This document shows, in pieces, positions 60,683 to 64,000 of a stretch of 64,000 nucleotides of DNA. Below the pieces are notes generated by a model, which made no database searches, was not told where the DNA came from, and was given only the letters and a program-made list of their open reading frames with translations. The translations under genes and the position numbers were made by a program. The DNA comes from Longimicrobiales bacterium (GTDB lineage: Bacteria > Gemmatimonadota > Gemmatimonadetes > Longimicrobiales > Gaopeijiaceae): positions 2,976,001 through 3,040,000 of the forward strand of contig OZ241869.1 in NCBI GenBank assembly GCA_965202805.1, given 5' to 3'. Position 1 is the stretch's first letter, and every line of letters starts with the position of its first letter.

Positions 60683-62773
60683 TTACGGGATCACTCTCGC
60701 CGGCGCCAGGTTCATCACCCAGAGGCCCGTGCGCATGTCGGAGACGAAGATGTTGCCCTTGTAGGGCTGCGGGCCCCACGCCATGGTCGTGTTCTCGCCC
60801 TCCGGGGTGGTCATGAAGGACGCCACTTCACGCCCCTGCGCGAGCAGGTCCCCGCGCAGCTCGCCGGACACGTCGACGATGCGCAGACCGCCCTGGTAGT
60901 AGGCGATGTAGAGCAGATCATCCTCTACCCAGAGGTTGTGGCTGCCGGCGTCGGGCAACCTGAACTCGGCGACTTCACGCGGATTCTCGATGTCGCTCAC
61001 GTCCACGACGTGCACGTAGCCGCGGGGACCGTCGCATTCCGGGCATCCGAAGATCTCGTCCCCGAGGAACACGTAGTCGCCGTAGCGGATGGCGTGGTGC
61101 GTGTTGCCGAAGAGCGCGCCGTTGATGTCGTAGAGGTAGCTGTAGGAGGAGATCGGCTGCGGCTCGGTCGGGGTGCCGCCCCAGCGCCCGTCGCCCACAT
61201 CGAGCATGACCAGCCCGTCGTTCCAGTAGGAGAGATAGGCGATACCGTCCACCACGCTCACGTCGTGCAGGTACTTGCTCGGCTTGTCCAGGCCCCAGCG
61301 CCCGGCCTCGAACGGGTTGGCGGGATCGGAGATGTCGATGATGTGGACGTCGAGGGTGCCGTCGTTGATGGCGTAGACGAGGTCGCCCACGAACCAGACG
61401 TTGTGGATGCCGCCGGTGAGCCCCTCGGTGTAGTGGGTGATGGTCTCCGGGTCGGCGGGGTCGGTGATGTCGATGAGGGTAATGCCGTTGCGGCGATTTG
61501 AGGCGTTCTCGCTGGTGACGATGGCGATGGTGCGGTCGTCGTTGATCTTGACGTCGTTGACGCGGCGCCCGTCCACCTGGAGGGAGTCGACGATGACGGG
61601 CGTGGCGGGGTCGGTGACGTCCCAGGCGTACATGGTGGCCGCGGACATGGTGCCCGTGTAGGCGTAGTCGCGCCCATCGAGCCCCTCGAAGACCCACAGG
61701 TCCGAGCTCGTGGTGCCGAGCGGGCCCTGTCCCACCAGCGTGACTTCGCGGGCGGCCTCGCGGGGGAAGACCTCGATGTCGACAGCCTCGGCGGTGGTGC
61801 CGGCATCGACGGTGACGCTGTAGCGGCCGGGCTCCTCGGCCACGAAGGCGCCGTCCATGTAGGCGGTGGCAGTCGTGGTGAGGGCCCCGTCCTCAGCCTC
61901 GATCCGGTATGCCAGCGCGATGTCGTCCACGCCGCCGCCGGAGGCATCCGTGGCGGCGACCGCGAGGCGCACCACATCGCCCGTGCGTACGCGCGATTCC
62001 GGTGACGCCACGGTCACCTGTTCGACCGGGTTGGCGACCACCTCGAGGGTGAGTTCACCCCGCACCCCGCCCGCCTCCCCGACGACGCGCGCCGCGCCCG
62101 GCCGGAGCAGGTTCAGCCGGCCGTCGGCCGTAACGGTGGCCACCGCCTCATCCGCCGCCGACCAGCCCACCACCTCCTCGGCATGCTCCTCCCCCGCCGT
62201 GGTGATCGCCCGCCCCGTCAGCGCGAAGGACGTCCCCGCGTAGCTGGCATACGCGGGCGGGTCGATGTCGATACGCGCCACCGGGTAGTCGTTCACCTTC
62301 ACCGGGATCTCGGCGGCCGGCGTCCAGTTGGGCTGGTCCTCCGTCGGCCCGGCCAGGCCGAGGAACACGCCGATCACCGCCTCCCCGTACTGCGTGCCCC
62401 GCAGGACGTAGGTGTCGGGAATCTCGTCCTTGATGGAGCGCAGCTCGAAGGGCCCGACCGTGCTCACCCCCCAGAGGGCGCCCTCCACCTGGCTGCCGGC
62501 CTCGTCGCGGAGGATGCCGCGGAAGGTGAGGGAGTCACCCCGCTGCACCTCGATGGACGCGGGCACGATCTCGATGGTCGCCACCCGGGCGGCGAGTTCG
62601 CTTGGACCCAGGTCGGCGGCAGTGGCCTCCTGCGCGGGGGTCGCCGCCTCCGCGGAAGGTGTCGCATCGGCCTCCTCGGCACCCGCCGGGGCGGGTGGGA
62701 CGGGTTCCGCGTACCCCCCGCAGCCGGCGGCGAATACGAGTACGATCGGGAGTGCGAGGGCGGAACGCGTCAT
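60683..62773 (-). CDS. Ig-like domain and LVIVD-repeat lipoprotein
   Basis: AAGC lipobox; Ig-like segments; repeats such as ITLIDITDP, IIDISDP, VVDVSD. Confidence 0.8.
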   Translation of the reverse strand: MTRSALALPIVLVFAAGCGGYAEPVPPAPAGAEEADATPSAEAATPAQEATAADLGPSELAARVATIEIVPASIEVQRGDSLTFRGILRDEAGSQVEGALWGVSTVGPFELRSIKDEIPDTYVLRGTQYGEAVIGVFLGLAGPTEDQPNWTPAAEIPVKVNDYPVARIDIDPPAYASYAGTSFALTGRAITTAGEEHAEEVVGWSAADEAVATVTADGRLNLLRPGAARVVGEAGGVRGELTLEVVANPVEQVTVASPESRVRTGDVVRLAVAATDASGGGVDDIALAYRIEAEDGALTTTATAYMDGAFVAEEPGRYSVTVDAGTTAEAVDIEVFPREAAREVTLVGQGPLGTTSSDLWVFEGLDGRDYAYTGTMSAATMYAWDVTDPATPVIVDSLQVDGRRVNDVKINDDRTIAIVTSENASNRRNGITLIDITDPADPETITHYTEGLTGGIHNVWFVGDLVYAINDGTLDVHIIDISDPANPFEAGRWGLDKPSKYLHDVSVVDGIAYLSYWNDGLVMLDVGDGRWGGTPTEPQPISSYSYLYDINGALFGNTHHAIRYGDYVFLGDEIFGCPECDGPRGYVHVVDVSDIENPREVAEFRLPDAGSHNLWVEDDLLYIAYYQGGLRIVDVSGELRGDLLAQGREVASFMTTPEGENTTMAWGPQPYKGNIFVSDMRTGLWVMNLAPARVIP

Positions 62774-62999
62774 GAGTCCAACTCCAGGTTGATGGGTCCG
62801 GCCCGGGCCGGAGAGTCGCCATTGCTGCTCGTACACCCGAACAAGGTACGCGAGCCGGCTCGCCGGGCCACGTTCAGGGACGGCGGATCACGGAGAAGCT
62901 GAAGGAGTTTTCACCGGCGGCTGTTCCGCCTAACCTACGTTCAGTGAACGGATCTGAGGAGCAGGTCTGTTCTCCATCTCCCGGACCCGCACGACATGG

Positions 63000-63428
63000 A
63001 TGAGAGGAATGCCTGCGAGTCGTAGCCTGCCGCACGCTCTGCAATGGAGGGCCGTTCTCCTCGCCCTGCTGTGTGTTGCGGGATGCCAGACCGGCCCAAC
63101 CGATGCCGATGTGCCCTCGATCACAGGGACATGGGAGACGCGAGACCCGCGACAAGGCTGGCGTTTCACCCTGTCCGGCGACAGGGGCGGCACGGTCCGT
63201 GGCCGATACTCCAACGAAGGGATCCCGGCCTTGGGAGAAGTCGCGGGAAGCTATGACTATCCGCGAGTCCGGCTGGTGTTCACCGTCCACGTATACGGCG
63301 AGGCCCGGAATTGCACGCTGCAGGGCGAGATGGAAACGGGCGGGAATCAGATCCCGAGCACGGCGTCCTGCTCTGCACGGAATCGGGAAAGCGACGTGTT
63401 CGCGCTGACCCTGGTGAGGACCGGGTGA
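63000..63428 (+). CDS. Hypothetical lipoprotein
   Basis: VAGC lipobox; SITGTW; beta-rich sequence. Confidence 0.6.
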   Translation: MRGMPASRSLPHALQWRAVLLALLCVAGCQTGPTDADVPSITGTWETRDPRQGWRFTLSGDRGGTVRGRYSNEGIPALGEVAGSYDYPRVRLVFTVHVYGEARNCTLQGEMETGGNQIPSTASCSARNRESDVFALTLVRTG

Positions 63429-63608
63429 TGCGCGGACGCAACGTCCGGCGCCGGCGCCCTTCCCGTGCTGCCCATCGGTTATCGCGATCTTGAATCCGAT
63501 GTAGTGGCGGCCCGGCCCTTCGGGAGCGCGGGAGTTTTCAATCGCCGCTCGGTTTTCTAGCTTGACCTTCCGCCCGCAGGCACAACGACCACCCCGGAGC
63601 CCGCCGAA

Positions 63609-64000
63609 ATGCCCACGTCCCGCGACACGCTCGCCATCCTGCGTGAAATCCGGGACCAGAGCGGGACGTGCTCCTCCCCCGGTCTTCCGGACGACGTGAT
63701 CGGGCGCTTCGCGGCGCGGGACGCGCTTCTTCGCCAGGCAGTCGTCGAGGCGGCAGAGTGTCATCGCCGCTTCCAACGTGAGCAGCCGCGTCTCGCCGCC
63801 CTGGACGAGGCCGAGCAGGTGGCGAAGGCGCAGCGCGGCTACCTCAACTTCTACCCCGCCGACCTGGTCAACCCCTACCTCGCGCTCGCCGCGCGCGGTC
63901 CGTGGATCGTCACATCGATGGGCGCGGTCATTCACGATTCGGGCGGCTACGGCATGCTGGGGCTCGGGCATGCGCCGCAGGCGATCCTCGACGCCATGAG
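63609..64000 (+). CDS. Class III aminotransferase-fold PLP enzyme, 3'-partial
   Basis: Manual translation MPTSRDTLAIL..NFYP..VNPYLALAARGPWIVT..HDSGGYGMLGLGH; open to window end; absent from the ORF track. Confidence 0.78.
   Translation, partial: MPTSRDTLAILREIRDQSGTCSSPGLPDDVIGRFAARDALLRQAVVEAAECHRRFQREQPRLAALDEAEQVAKAQRGYLNFYPADLVNPYLALAARGPWIVTSMGAVIHDSGGYGMLGLGHAPQAILDAM

Noticed and set aside
62927..62950. GCCTAAC plus palindrome CGTTCA-G-TGAACG, attC-like
   Set aside because: No matching GTTRRRY end, no cassette array and no integrase.

Overview
GC-rich, gene-dense bacterial chromosome segment with about 46 CDS and no recognisable rRNA, tRNA, CRISPR array or transposase. The gene content includes many lipoproteins and exported hydrolases, a DUF1592/DUF1552/ankyrin module, a plant-type LRR-Ig-metalloprotease and a fused kinase-regulator. 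This resembles Gemmatimonadota, possibly a sponge or other host-associated lineage (inference only). Recognisable genes are queG, mpl, ldcA, spmA/spmB, ggt, thiC, a dsbB-like gene and a HigB/HigA(ImmA) toxin-antitoxin pair. The best candidates for undescribed biology are: (i) the exported DUF1592 (dihaem)-DUF1552 (Tat)-ankyrin (CxxC) module facing dsbB; (ii) an spmA-spmB-CPBP-mpl-ldcA operon suggesting SpmAB is a peptidoglycan-recycling importer; (iii) a structured thiC leader with no TPP-riboswitch consensus; (iv) two divergent genes whose start codons share one CATG, inside an exported amidase/hydrolase/RidA cluster. All calls come from motif recognition by eye; no database search was run.
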